Shown: one piece after another, positions 39,660 to 51,469 of the stretch | Numbering within the stretch: the stretch's first letter is position 1 | Layout: the number at the start of each line of letters is the position of its first letter | Assembly: GCF_030028105.1 (NCBI RefSeq) | Contig: NC_092370.1 | Coordinates: 236,016,005-236,080,004, forward strand | DNA from: Mobula birostris | Taxonomy: Eukaryota | Direction of reading: 5' to 3' | Length of the DNA stretch: 64,000 nt | Program-made: the position numbers and the translations under genes | Notes under the pieces: model-generated | What the model was told of the DNA's origin: nothing | The model's database searches: none | What the model saw: the letters and a program-made list of their open reading frames with translations, nothing else

Positions 39660-41640
39660 AATTTAAAGAAACTTTATTGTCAAAATACATATACGTCACC
39701 ATATACAACCCTAAGATTCATTTTCTAGTGGCATACTCAATAAATCCATAGAATAATAACCATAACAGAATCAATAAAATACCACACCAAACTAGGCATT
39801 CAACCAGTGTCCAAAAGACAACAAACTGTGTCAATACAAAAAGAAAGCAATAATAATAAATAAATAAATATCAAGAACATGAGATGAAGAGTCCTTGAAG
39901 GTGAGTCCATTGGTTGTGGGAACATTTCAATGATGGGGCAGGTGAAGTTATCCCATTTAGTTCAAGAGTCTGATGGAGCCGAGGTTCCTGTACCTTCTTC
40001 CTTGATGGCTACAGTGAGAAGAGAGCATATTCTGGGTGGGGAGGGAATCCCTGATGATGGATGTTGCTTTCCTGTGACACCCTCCCACCCTCCATGTGGG
40101 TGTGCACAGTCGTGGGGAGGACTTTACCTGTGATGGACTGGGCTGTATCCACTAGGATTTTCCTTTCATGGGCATTAGTATTTCCAGACCAGGCTATGAT
40201 GCAGCCAGTCAATCTATAGAAGTTTTTCAAAGTTTGAGATGTCACGCCGAATCTTTGCAAACTTCTAAGGAAGTAGAGGCACTACCGTGCCCTCATTGTA
40301 ATTGCACTTAGGTGCTGGGCCCAGGATAGGTCCTACAAAATGATAATACCAAGGAAATTAATATTGCTGACCTTCTCCACCTCTGATCCCCTGATGAGGA
40401 CTGGCTCATGGACCTCTGCTTTCCTTCTTAAGTCAATAATCAGCTCCTTCGTCTTGTTGACATTGAGTAACAGGTTGGTGTTATGGCACATGGCAAGTGG
40501 TTAAGGCGTTCATCTAGTTATCTCAAGGTCGCTAGTTCGAGACTCAGCTGTGGCAGCGTTTGTGTCCTTGAGCAAGGCACTTAATCACATATTGCTGTAG
40601 TCTGTGAGAGGAGTGGCGCCCCACACAGACTTCCAATCTGCGCCTTGTAAGGCATGAAAATGCCCGACGCAGGCCTCTCATGGTCTGAGTCAACGTTCCC
40701 TTCATTATGGCACCACTCAGCCAGATTTTCAATCTCCTTCCTGAATGCTGATCCATCACCACCTTTGACTCAGCCTGTGACAGTGGTGCCATCAGCAAAC
40801 TTGAATATATCATCGGAGCTGTGCTTAGCCACACAGTCACAAGTGAAACGTGAGGAAACGTGAGTAGAGCAGGGCACTAAGCACACAGACTTCTGGTGCA
40901 CCTGTGCTGATGCAGATCATGGAGGAGATGTTGCTGCCAGTCTGAGCTAACTAGAGTCTGCAAGTGAGGAAATCGGGGATCCAATTGCACAAGGAGGTAT
41001 TGAGCCAAGGTCTTGGAGCTTATTGATTAGTTTTGAGAGGACGATGGTATTGAGTGCTGAACTGTAGTTAAAAAAGAACATCCTGATGTACAGTCTGCAT
41101 CTTTGCTGTCCAGGTGTACCAGGGTTGAGTGAAGAGCCAGTGAGATGGCATCTGCCGTTGACCTGTTGCTTCAGTAGGAAAATTAGAGCGGATTTAAGTC
41201 GCTTCTCAAGCAGGAGTTGATATGTTTCATCACCAAACTCTTAAAACACTTAATCACTGTGGGTGTAAGCGCTACTGGATGATAGTCACAGAGGCGGGTC
41301 ACCACGTTCTACTTGGGCACCAATACAAATGAAGCCTGCTTGAAGCAGTTGGGTACGTCAGACTGCCGAAGCAAGTGGTTAAAGATTTCCGTGAGCACTC
41401 CAGCCACAGCAGGTCTCTAGTACTTGGCCAGATGCACCAGCTGGGTCAAGTGGTTTTCATGCTTTCACCCTCCTGAAGGCTGCTCGCGTGTCAGCCTCAA
41501 GAGACTAAAGTAGCATCATTGGGGCCTGTGGGAGTTCATGATGTTTTCCCCATGTTCTGACGGTCAAATGAGCAAAGAACACAATGAGCTCATCTGGAAG
41601 TGAAACCGTGTTGTCGCCGATGTCGCTCGATTTGCAAACA
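39660..41640 (-). mobile_element. Decayed Rex1/L2-type LINE with nested CORE-like SINE
   Basis: QTLKNFYRLTGCIIAW and SLPDELIVFFAH remnants. Collinear with other Rex copies. Confidence 0.8.
40490..40703 (+). mobile_element. tRNA-derived CORE-like SINE with TTATGGCAC TSD
   Basis: Same family as 30724. TTATGGCAC flanks both sides. Confidence 0.8.
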
Positions 41641-42990
41641 GCATAAAACCCAGTCATATTTATATATGGTATTTCATCCAGAAAAGCAGTACTGCAACAC
41701 TCCGTGGAGAGCGGAGGGGGTGACAAGGCACAGAAGTAGTATTGGCCATCCACTGCAACCAAGGAAAACCCAGTTGGGAATTCTGGACCCAGGCCACTGG
41801 GGTTGAAAGAATGGAACAGCCCTAGTTCTCTGTCTCCCTCTCTGCTGCTGGAGTCTTGGGTCTTGGGCAAGGTTTGATCGACACAATTTATGGTTTGGAC
41901 TAATTGAGATGAATCTGCAGGTCACCTTATATGTGTTTCTGGTGACTCCCTTTTTATTGCTATTTTAATCGGGGTGGCCTGGCTCTGCAGTCTGCAGTCA
42001 ACGTACCACACAGCGCTAAACTGAACTAAACTGAACATTCCCAGACTGTTTCAAGGCTGTGCGGGTTGGCGTTTAATATACTATGTTATTCGCTTTTTTT
42101 TTGCCGTTTGGGTATTTTTTTTGCACGTTGGGTGTTTGTTGTTTTCTTTGAAAAGGTTCCATGGAGTTTCTTTGTTTCGTGGCTGTCAGTGGCAAGACGA
42201 ATCTCAGGGTTGTGTACTGCACATATATTTTAATAATAAATGTTCTTTGAATCTTTGAAACTCCTAAACAAGCTTTCTTGTCATCGTTGAACACGACGAA
42301 CAACCACCAATGTTTTTCAGAATGGTTTGGTTTCATTGATGAAGCATGAACTGTCAAGTTTGAACATTTATGGCAAGCAATTATTGACAACAGGGAGACA
42401 AAGTACTACTCACGCCTGCATAACTAAGTCACCAAGAAACTGTGGAAAGATAATTTGGTTTAAAGATCCACATCGGTATTCATGAAAAAATTATCTAATA
42501 TTCGCAATTCCGAAGTATACATAACCAAAAGGCAATTTAAGCTTTGGTGTCGTATTTGTGTAAAATGGCTTGTAAATAACTCACATATTCACTTCTAGCT
42601 GAATGATAATCCTAACAATATTAATCAGGATGATAAACAATACTGTATATCATTAAAAAATAAAAGGGCGAACACATTTTCCGAAGTTGATATCCTCGTG
42701 TAAAAAAAATGAAAAGCATATTTGGTGTTAGTCCCGACTGACAGCTGATCCCAGGGCATTTAGCCATCCCTAATGAGAAATACAGTTGGTTTAATATGAT
42801 TAACTGGACGACAGGAACTCACAAAAAAGACAACCCAGGAGGAGGACACGCAAAATAGTTGAGGAACTCAGCAGGTTAGGCAACATCCATAGTCGACCTT
42901 TCGGGCTGGGGCCCTTCATCAGAAATTTGGATGTTATTCTAGCTGACAGCACTCGTTAATGACTACTGACGCGCATTGTTGATTGCTCAC

Positions 42991-43052
42991 CTCCTGCAGC
43001 AAAATCCAACAGCAACTAACAGAGATCTCCTCAGCAACCCACTCACTTCCAT
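42991..43052 (-). CDS. ISCA2: ISCA2 coding exon 1 (start of mitochondrial targeting peptide, MEVSGLLRRSLLVAVGFCCR)
   Basis: ATG in gaagATGG context next to a CpG-rich promoter. 62 nt ending AG|gtgagc (phase 2), matching the phase-2 acceptor of exon 2. Not in the ORF track. Confidence 0.85.
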
Positions 43053-43675
43053 CTTCGTTCCGGTGCCCGGGGGAGGCGGATCAAATGTCATCGGAAGTAC
43101 CGCCTTCAGCCCTTTTCCCCATTGGCGTACTCCCACCGGTTTGTACCGGAAATCGCCAACTTCATTAGCTGAAGAACACGTCCATCATAAACAGACCCTT
43201 GCCCCACCTACTCACTACGCCCATTGGTGCAACGTGAGTTGCATATTTTTCACAACGTATCGTCTACATTGGAGATTAAAAGTGTCTGTCATAATCAGGA
43301 AGGCGGTCCAATGACGCAGAAACAATTTTAAACATCTGATTGGCTAATTTTAGAGCGCTGCGGTTTTATTGGCTTTCCCTTTTGTCAATCAAGGATGCGA
43401 CCTGCCCCAGCGTTCTTGTCTTTGTACCTGGGAAGGTCGTAGTACAGTTGAGTGACTGTCAATAAAAATATTCTTAAATTCTCCGTGAGTAGGTGTTTTC
43501 CAAATAAAGGAAGGCGGTGTTTAATGCAGAAAGCAGACGTGTACCCTGAGGGGTGATGGGATGCCGGTGTGAACAAGAAGGTGGGGTCCGGGTTCGCCCA
43601 CCGGCCGGGATGGATGGCAGGGCTTTAAAACCATCTTTCGGCGGCGGCGAGCCGCTCACTGTAGGACGGTGAGAC
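43053..43675. promoter_or_regulatory. Bidirectional CpG-rich promoter shared by ISCA2 and NPC2
   Basis: Divergent ATGs at 43052 and 43676, locally high CpG. CCAAT/ATTGG at 43121, 43223, 43268, 43308, 43339, 43368. ETS-like CGGAAGT near 43092 and CCGGAA near 43146. Confidence 0.85.
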
Positions 43676-43760
43676 ATGGAGCTGAGGTGTCAGGTGGCTT
43701 TCGGCTTCGTGCTCCTGGCCGCGTTGTGTGCGGCACAGCCGGTGAAGTTTAAAGACTGCG
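43676..43760 (+). CDS. NPC2: NPC2 (copy A) exon 1: signal peptide + PVKFKDC
   Basis: MELRCQVAFGFVLLAALCAAQPVKFKDCG, donor G|gtaagt, 85 nt, phase 1. Confidence 0.96.
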
Positions 43761-44551
43761 GTAAGTCTGTCTAAAACATCCTACGGTCTATTCGGCAGTT
43801 CAGTAGAAATTCAAGAAAAATACTTTGCATGATCCATTTGCCCTAAAGTTTGAGTATTGTTGTTATTGGTGCACAAACACGTGAGATTCTGCAGATGCTG
43901 AAAATCTTGGGCAACACACTGAAAATGATGGAGGAGGCAACATCCATGCTGGAGATCCCGATGAGATCTCAGCCCGAAACGTCGACTCCATAATACTGTT
44001 ATCGAAGCATTTTATTTTTCTCCTTAAAATTCAGAGTTAGTACTTTTCCACGTGCTACGATTTTTGAAGTGTAACCATGATTAGCTCTTTAACTCTTAAA
44101 AACAAACTTCGTTTTGGTTATTGTGCTTTAAAGTCTGAATGTGCCATTGTAATTAATGTCACCTTTGAGAGAAAGTGGCTGTTGGAGTAGAAGGGTCTCT
44201 GCCTGAAATGTCGACTGTACTTCCTAGAGATACTGCCTGGCCTGCTGCGTTCATCAGCAACTTTGATGTGTGTTGCTTGATCTAATTTACATCCTAGATT
44301 GATGTTTTATTGGTAGATTATTGTCATTCTCCAACTTGGTTTTGTGTGACTAATTGCATCTAGTATCTACTGGTAATTCAGTTTTGGTGAAGGATGTCTG
44401 ACCTAGCACATTAACTGTTTCTCTTTCCAAAATCTGGTTTGAGCAAGCTTTTTGCTTTGATTATACATTTCTGGGCAATTGGGCCAGTGGGCTGGGGGAT
44501 GGGATAAAGGGCCATTAATCCTAAACAAAAATCAAGTCAGTGAATTATAAA

Positions 44552-44991
44552 CGCAAACAACAGGAATTCTGCAGATGCTGGAAATTCAGGCAACACACAT
44601 CAAAGTTGTTGGTGAACGCAGCAGGCCAGGCAGCATCTCTAGGAAGGGGTACAGTCGACGTCTCAGAACGAGACCCTTCGTTAGGACTAACTGAAGGAAG
44701 AGTTAGTTAGAGATTTGAAAGTGGGAGGGGGAGGGAGAGATCCAAAATAAGAGGAGAAGACAGGAGGGGGAGGGATGGAGCCAAGAGCTGGGATCTTGGC
44801 TCCATCCCTCCCCCTCCTGTCTTCTCCTATCATTTTGGATCTCCTCCTCCCCCTCCCACTTTCAAATCTCTAACTAACTCTTCCTTCAGTTAGTCCTAAC
44901 GAAGGGTCTCGTTCTGAGACGTCGACTGTACCCCTTCCTAGAGATGCTGCCTGGCCTGCTGCGTTCACCAGCAACTTTGATGTGTGTTGCT
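44552..44991. mobile_element. Fold-back (palindromic) PLE pLTR insertion in NPC2-A intron 1
   Basis: 197-bp inverted arms 44590-44786 and 44794-44990 with a 7-nt spacer. Perfect TSD GTGAATTATAAA at 44540-44551 and 44992-45003. Confidence 0.92.
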
Positions 44992-45089
44992 GTGAATTAT
45001 AAAGGTTGGTGCTTTGACGGTATACCAGTGCAACACTAACTTCTGGTACTAGCTATAGTTAATCTCTATCTGTATTCATTGTATTGCAG

Positions 45090-45197
45090 GATCTACATCC
45101 GGAAAAATTTTAATAGTGGATATCACACCTTGCCCCTCGCTGCCGTGTATACTCCGCAAAGGACAATCCTATGCTGTGAACGTGACTTTTGCTAGCA
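45090..45197 (+). CDS. NPC2: NPC2 (copy A) exon 2 ([36 protein letters not shown])
   Basis: Acceptor ttgcag|, donor |gtaagt, 108 nt. PCPxxPC and KGQSYxVNVTF motifs with the NVT glycosylation sequon. Confidence 0.97.
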
Positions 45198-46224
45198 GTA
45201 AGTCTTGATTTTAAAGTGTAAAATTGGCAAAGGAGAAACCTCAGCACAGATGAGAATCCTTCAGCTCAGAAGGAAAGCAGTCTATTGAATGTTCCTGCAA
45301 AGCAATCTGATCCCTTTTGTTGTACCTTTTCAAATTCTATATCCTCAAATTCAGGCTCATGGAATAAGAGGCAATGGTAAAACAGTGGTCCAAACACTTG
45401 GGTGCTGCCTCTCAGTGCAGTGACCTGGGCTCAGCCCTAAGATTTGTCTCAAGTTCTCACTGTGATGTGAGTTTTCCTTCTGGATGTTGTTTCTCCCCAC
45501 GTCCCAAAAGTATGCTGGTGGTTCTTAATTTGCACACATAAATTACTGCTGGGGTGGTGGTAGGAGAGCTGGAGGGTGTGGAACTAATAGACACATGAGA
45601 GAGAATAGATTACAGGGAGGTAATTTGAGGAATAGGATTGCTGTGAGGACTAGCATGGACATGAAGTGAATGGCCTCCTTGGGTACCTAAGAAAATATGA
45701 AATGGTAGTCTTTGAAGTTGGAGGGAGATTGTGGTGTCTGCCAGGGTACGTGTAAAGACCAGTGTGCTGCTGGTATTTTTTTTTGCTTATCAGTAACTGG
45801 CACAAGTGTGAATAATGTGTAAATGACACCAATTGTAAAACATAGTAAGGAAATCATTTTGTAGAATAGCCAGACAGGTGGCAAATATGGGAAAAGTGAA
45901 ATTTTTGATTTGGGGAGCCAGATGAAGATACTATAAAGCATTACACTAGCCACTACCTTAAATTAACTGTTTCAGCATTTTCCAAATATTGTCATCAACC
46001 CATTAGGTTACTAATGATTCTGGGGGTGAAGGATTTTTGCTTGCAAGGGAAGCTGAGGTATTCTCCTTCAGGCAAATTAAATGAGACAACAGGACTTTTA
46101 AAATATTGTGCCTGATCCCTTGAGAAAATTGTTCCTCTTGATAGTTCACACATGCCATGAAGTGGGATTGATGGGGTACATGAATTTTAAAAAGTGGAAG
46201 ATGTGTGGGGATGGAAACTGTGTA

Positions 46225-46890
46225 CATACATCTACTGATGCTTCTGGCCACATCTTCAGTGATGTTCCTGGAATCATTGAGTGTTTCGGGTCTTTCAACA
46301 TCATACAACCTCCTCCAGGTGACCCAGCCGGGCTGATCAGACCCCAGCTTGTGTCCAGATGGCTAGCTACTTATGACTCCATGGCTCCCCCATTTTGAGC
46401 CACAGCCATTTTGAGGCCCTGTCTGCCGCATCGGTGGTACTGCGGATGGCTCTCCTCTTCCTCTCCCCCTCGAAGCCCAAATTGCTGAAGGCTCTAACTA
46501 AGGAACGGGTTGCAAAACCCCTACAACCAACCTCCACTGGGCAATACTGACAATAATTGTTGTCATGGCTTGCAGCTTCCTACCAATCCTTTCCTTCACC
46601 ATTTCCTCCAGAATTTGGTTAACATCTTCATCAAACTGCTTCCACAGTGAAGTCATGTTAGCTGCAGGCCATTTGATCCGCCTCCTGTTAGACTTCGTAT
46701 TAGAGGGATTAGTTTGCAACACTTGGAGGTTCCGGGCACTATGGGGTGACCCCGGGCCTGGCCCCTCCTTCGTCTCACCAGGTTGGACACCTGCGCGTTG
46801 TGCTGCTCCTGCTCCCGCCAAACACTTCATCCTCGCTTGGTGGATCGTCAAGCCACGATCGTCCTTGCAGATTTTGCCACATGCATACTG
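46225..46890 (-). mobile_element. Internally deleted HERO-like (restriction-like endonuclease) non-LTR retrotransposon in NPC2-A intron 2
   Basis: N-terminal zinc finger CGKICKDDRGLTIHQARMKC and RIKWP...WKQFDEDV joined near 46540 to RLE C-terminus VEVGCRGFA...AADRASKWLWLK, then a 3' UTR. Confidence 0.8.
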
Positions 46891-48977
46891 CTTCCTCATC
46901 ATCATTTGTTCATTGAAAAATTCTTGTCTGCAAGGATTCTCAAAATTCATTCAGGGATTTTAAAATAGAATTGAGAAAATAATTACAAGGAAGAGCTGGG
47001 GTATCGGGCAGCACCTACGGATAGAAGTGGATATCCAGTGTTTCAGATAGAGACCCTTCATCTGGATTGAAAGTTGGAGGAGAGATGGCCATAGCTTAAG
47101 AGCATTTGGGGGTGGGGAGGAGGGTAGGAAGTGAACTCTGGAGATTTGGAACTAAAGACATGCCTGACCAGTATTTTAAGCTTGGATAAGTAACGAAACA
47201 AAATTCACAGGTTGTTTGTGGCTGTGCATCTTGGCAGGCTGAGATTTTGAGGCAATCAGAGAGATGTACTGTAGGCTTGAGGAACGGGATGGCTCTGTAA
47301 ATGAAGGTTAGAATTTTGAAATTGAGGTACTGCTGAGCTGGGAGCCAGGGTAGTTTGCTATCAAGTTCAAGTTTAATTGTCATTGAACCATACATAAATA
47401 CATATGAATGCAGCCAAACGAAACAGTATTACTTCGGAGCCAAGGTGCAAAACACAGTACCAATTGACATACACAGCACAAGGCACATGTAGCACATACA
47501 AGATATCAGTAAAACGTAGTCACAAAAAAAATGTCCCTGAGCACATGAATGTTGGAACAGTCTGCAGTTGAACACAATACAGCTTGACTTCTGCCAAGCA
47601 AACGCTGGGACGGGGGTGTGGGGGGCACCACTGACTGCAGCTTGGACATGTGTCACACTGCCTCCGATGGGCCATCTCTCATGGGCAGCTGTAAACGGTA
47701 ACACTGTGGCCTGAGGCGGAGTCCCCGCTGCGGCTGAGCCTACACTGCTTCCTTGCCGTCTGCTAATAAATTACTGAATCAGATTTGCAGCATTCCACAT
47801 TAACAATGTCCAACAGAGTCTTGCTGTCACAAGATGAGTTACTAAGATGATCACTTGCTGTTAGACTGCACACCGATTCCTCCGACGCCTTTCTGGTGCA
47901 TATTCCACATCCAAGTTCAGCTCCTTCAGTTTCTCAGCCAACGAGTAACTCTGTGATGGGATAGACCTGCAGTTCTTAATGGCCAGCAGAGTCCTGTGAT
48001 CTTAAAAAAAAAAATAATAAAATGTTTAAAAAGGACAATACCTTTGGTTGGCCCTGTAGACGTCGTTGCGTTTGAACATACTGCCATCTTTCCAGAAACT
48101 TAAGGGAAAATGGTGGGAAGTCCACTTTGTTCATGTTCAGTTTCAAGTTATTGTCATTCAACCATACACATGTATACCAGTAAATAAAACAACGTTCCTC
48201 TGGGTCAAGGTGCACAACACAGTACATACAACTTGTACACACAAAGCATAGTAATATTACCACAAATAAATGAACAAATAAGGTGCATTTATGACATGAC
48301 ATGTATTATGAACAAAAGAGTTTTCAGTCAACTTTATGGTGAATAGAATAAGGGCGAAGGTAGAGAGTGTTCTGTAATAGCTGGGTGTCCAGATAAAAGC
48401 ATGGATGACAATTTCAAGGGAGATTTGCAGAGTGGAGAGAGGATATGCAGGTGGAAGCAAGTCTTTCTTGAGCAGATTAGTAAATTGACCTGGAGGAAAG
48501 TTTTGGGAAAAGCAAAATTGTTATTAAGGGAAACTTAGAAAACCCACTACTGTAAAATTAAATAAACTAGATTTGATACAGTAATAAAGGCAGCTTTGTC
48601 TGACTTTAAAAGGCTCAATCAATTAATCTAGATTCCATGTACAGCTCATTATCAGCACTACCAATGCCAAACTTGCATACTCTAATTTTTAATATTCACC
48701 AACATATTTTCACTTTTCATTACAAATTTTGTCATGTAATTAAAATTCTGGATGAAATTGAAGAGCCTTTTAGGCTTCTGAGTGCTAGAACAATATTTAA
48801 GCTTTTCAAAATGTAACAGTAATGGATTGCTTGGAAATGTAAAGTGTGAGCATTGCAACTTCTATTGTGAAACATGCCCTTTGTCCCAGTTAGCAGAAAT
48901 TATGACCCTATGTACTGCCCTTCCTCTGAAACCTGGCCTTGAATCAATGAAGGCTAACTGTTATAATTTCTTCGCAG

Positions 48978-49150
48978 AAACATCGAGTCAAAAAACTGTG
49001 GCTGCGGTTTATGGCATTATGAATGGCATTGCAATCCCATTTAATATTCCTAATGCTGATGGTTGTCAATCTGGGATTCAGTGTCCCATTCAGAATAATC
49101 AGAACTACCACTACCTCAACTACTTACGAATAAAAAAGGAATACCCATCA
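48978..49150 (+). CDS. NPC2: NPC2 (copy A) exon 3 (TSSQKTVAAVYGIMNGIAIPF...DGCQSGIQCPI...KEYPS)
   Basis: Acceptor ttcgcag|, donor |gtaagt, 173 nt. ML-domain motif DGCxSGIxCPI. Confidence 0.97.
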
Positions 49151-50954
49151 GTAAGTGTCATAAAACATGAATGAATTCTAATATCTTCAACTTAATCATT
49201 GTTTGTCTAAGCCTTGTATGTTATATACTTTAACAAAAGGCATTTTTATACAAGTCCTTTAGAATGCAGGTTGATGCTGAGCTCTGCTCCATTCAGTGAG
49301 GATATTGTATAATAAACTTAGAACATTGAAATTTAAGATGTGTGTATACTTTCTTGTCTTACTATTTAAAAATTTTAAGTAAACTGTTTGATTCCAAAAT
49401 CTGTCTAATTAGTTTAAAATAACACTTCAACAATTCCAGCAGCTCTCACCGGTCTTTCAGTATTAGTAGTGCTGTCCTCCTGATTAATGCAAGAGCTTCA
49501 ATTTCCTTAAATTAATTTCTTAATAGCAGAATATTAGAGAACCTTCTAGTTTGCATTTCCTTGATGTGAGAAACCATGTTGTTGGCATTGTATGATTGCC
49601 ACAAGCAATAAAACAAGGCTGTAATGAGCAATTAACATTTTTAAACTAGTTGCTCTATCAGGTATTTAAAATCTTAAGTTGAATAGTCTTCATGGAATAT
49701 GTTTAGTGAGGAAAGGGTACATCATTTATCTCTTAAAACAAGGTATCCAGATGGTTGTATATCTTGTGATACTGCTTTTGCTTTAGACATCTAAGCTATC
49801 ACTATGAATAATTTGGAATAGTTGAAGTGGAAAGTATTTAAACTTACTACTTGCACGTAGCAAGTTCACTTTCTGGGTAGGTGCAGAATGCTTAAATGCC
49901 ATGTTGTGCTAAATCATGGATGGGTGCCTTTTGCTTTAGTACTTTTTGACGGATCTTGCTCTGGCATATGGCCAGTTATCAGCAAGATCTGCACATTTGG
50001 TCATTCGGAAAATGTAGGTCTAAGTTCACAAGGGTTAACCAACACACTTCCTGGTCTGCTAGCTTGTATCTCAAACAGAAATGTGAAGTCATGCACTTTC
50101 GTCATCCCAGCAAGGACAATTCTGTTTCTGAAGCTGCTATTAAGCTAAATTCTATAGCTTGCAGGTTTGCACACTGTATCCATTCTTGCATAATGTTAGA
50201 CAGCAGATGAATAGGAAAAAGTGAATCTAAATCTGCTTTTAGGAATGCCAGCCTTTGAAGTGATTCAGTGAAATTGAATTTGTGTTAACTTGTTTTATCA
50301 TCTAAATATGCTCATCTTCTGTGAGAAATATACTAAAAGAATGAAAAAATACATTCACTCCACTATGTCTAGTTAATCAGCACACACCATTTAATATAAT
50401 TAAGTGATTTATTAGATTTCCTGGGATGGGAGTTATAAGTTTAGATAGGAGAAGTGGAGCTGCTCTAGAGTCAGGATTGAGAAATGTTTTGGGGTAAATG
50501 AAAGGAAATCATTAATGAACTATTCCAGGATCAGGGAACAAATTTTAAATTTTAGCCAAAAGATAAAAGGAAAATGAGGGAGATTTTTTTGTTTTTGCTC
50601 AAGTTTTTCTGCTTTGTTTTCTGATGACATCTGAGACTGTTCTGCCCAGTACTCAGCCATCTTTAAGCATTCTCATTCTCTCATTTTCTCTGTAATTTAC
50701 TGTATTGTACATGCCTATCAACTCTCCCCTATTGTGTGTGACCCACCTACACTAGGGATAATTAATAGTAGCCAGTTAATCTATCGTACATCTTTTGAGA
50801 TATTGGAGGAATTGGAGCACCTTGAAAGTAGGTGAAAATGTGCACACAGACAGCACTGAAGGTTGGGTTGAACTGACTGCTGCGCCATGGAAACATGGCC
50901 AATCATTGCATCAAAGTGAATTGTTTAGAGAATTTAAGAGCTGTAATGAACATG

Positions 50955-51080
50955 CAGGGTCTCGGCCTGAAACGTCGACTGCACCTCTTCCTAGAGATGC
51001 TGCCTGGCCTGCTGCATTCACCAGCAACTTTGATGTGTGTTGCTTGAATTTCCAGCATCTGCAGAATTCCTGTTGTTTGC
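50955..51080 (+). mobile_element. 5'-truncated PLE pLTR (hammerhead lacks CUGANGA)
   Basis: AGGGTCTCGGCCTGAAACGTCGACT followed by the young-subfamily tail. Confidence 0.8.
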
Positions 51081-51171
51081 AGGAAAATGGGTTTGCTCAA
51101 CGAGAAGCCAGTTCGGTCTGTTCCAGGTCATAACAATTCTATGATTATGACATTTTTTTTTCTTTTCCCAG

Positions 51172-51258
51172 ATTAAATTGATGGTTGAATGGGAGCTGAA
51201 GGATGAGCTTGATCGAGACCTCTTTTGCTGCAGGATCCCTGTACAGATTTCCAAATAA
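51172..51258 (+). CDS. NPC2: NPC2 (copy A) last coding exon (IKLMVEWELKDELDRDLFCCRIPVQISK*); spliced product 150 aa
   Basis: Long polypyrimidine tract and cccag| acceptor. 85+108+173+87=453 nt, open throughout. AATAAA at 51254-51259 overlaps the stop. Confidence 0.95.
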   Translation: MKLMVEWELKDELDRDLFCCRIPVQISK

Positions 51259-51469
51259 ATTAGGTTCTGTATTCCTTACTGCTGCAACAGTATCCACGTC
51301 CTTTTATCCATGTAACCAAGAAGTTTCTATCACCTATTTATTTAAGGACTAAGCCAAATTAATGCAAGTAACATTTACTTAAATTTGTAAGTTTTGAACA
51401 TGCATTTCTAAACAATGATTTGTCCCATTATTGCCTTTTGTAAACAATTGAATGGATCAATAAATGAGG

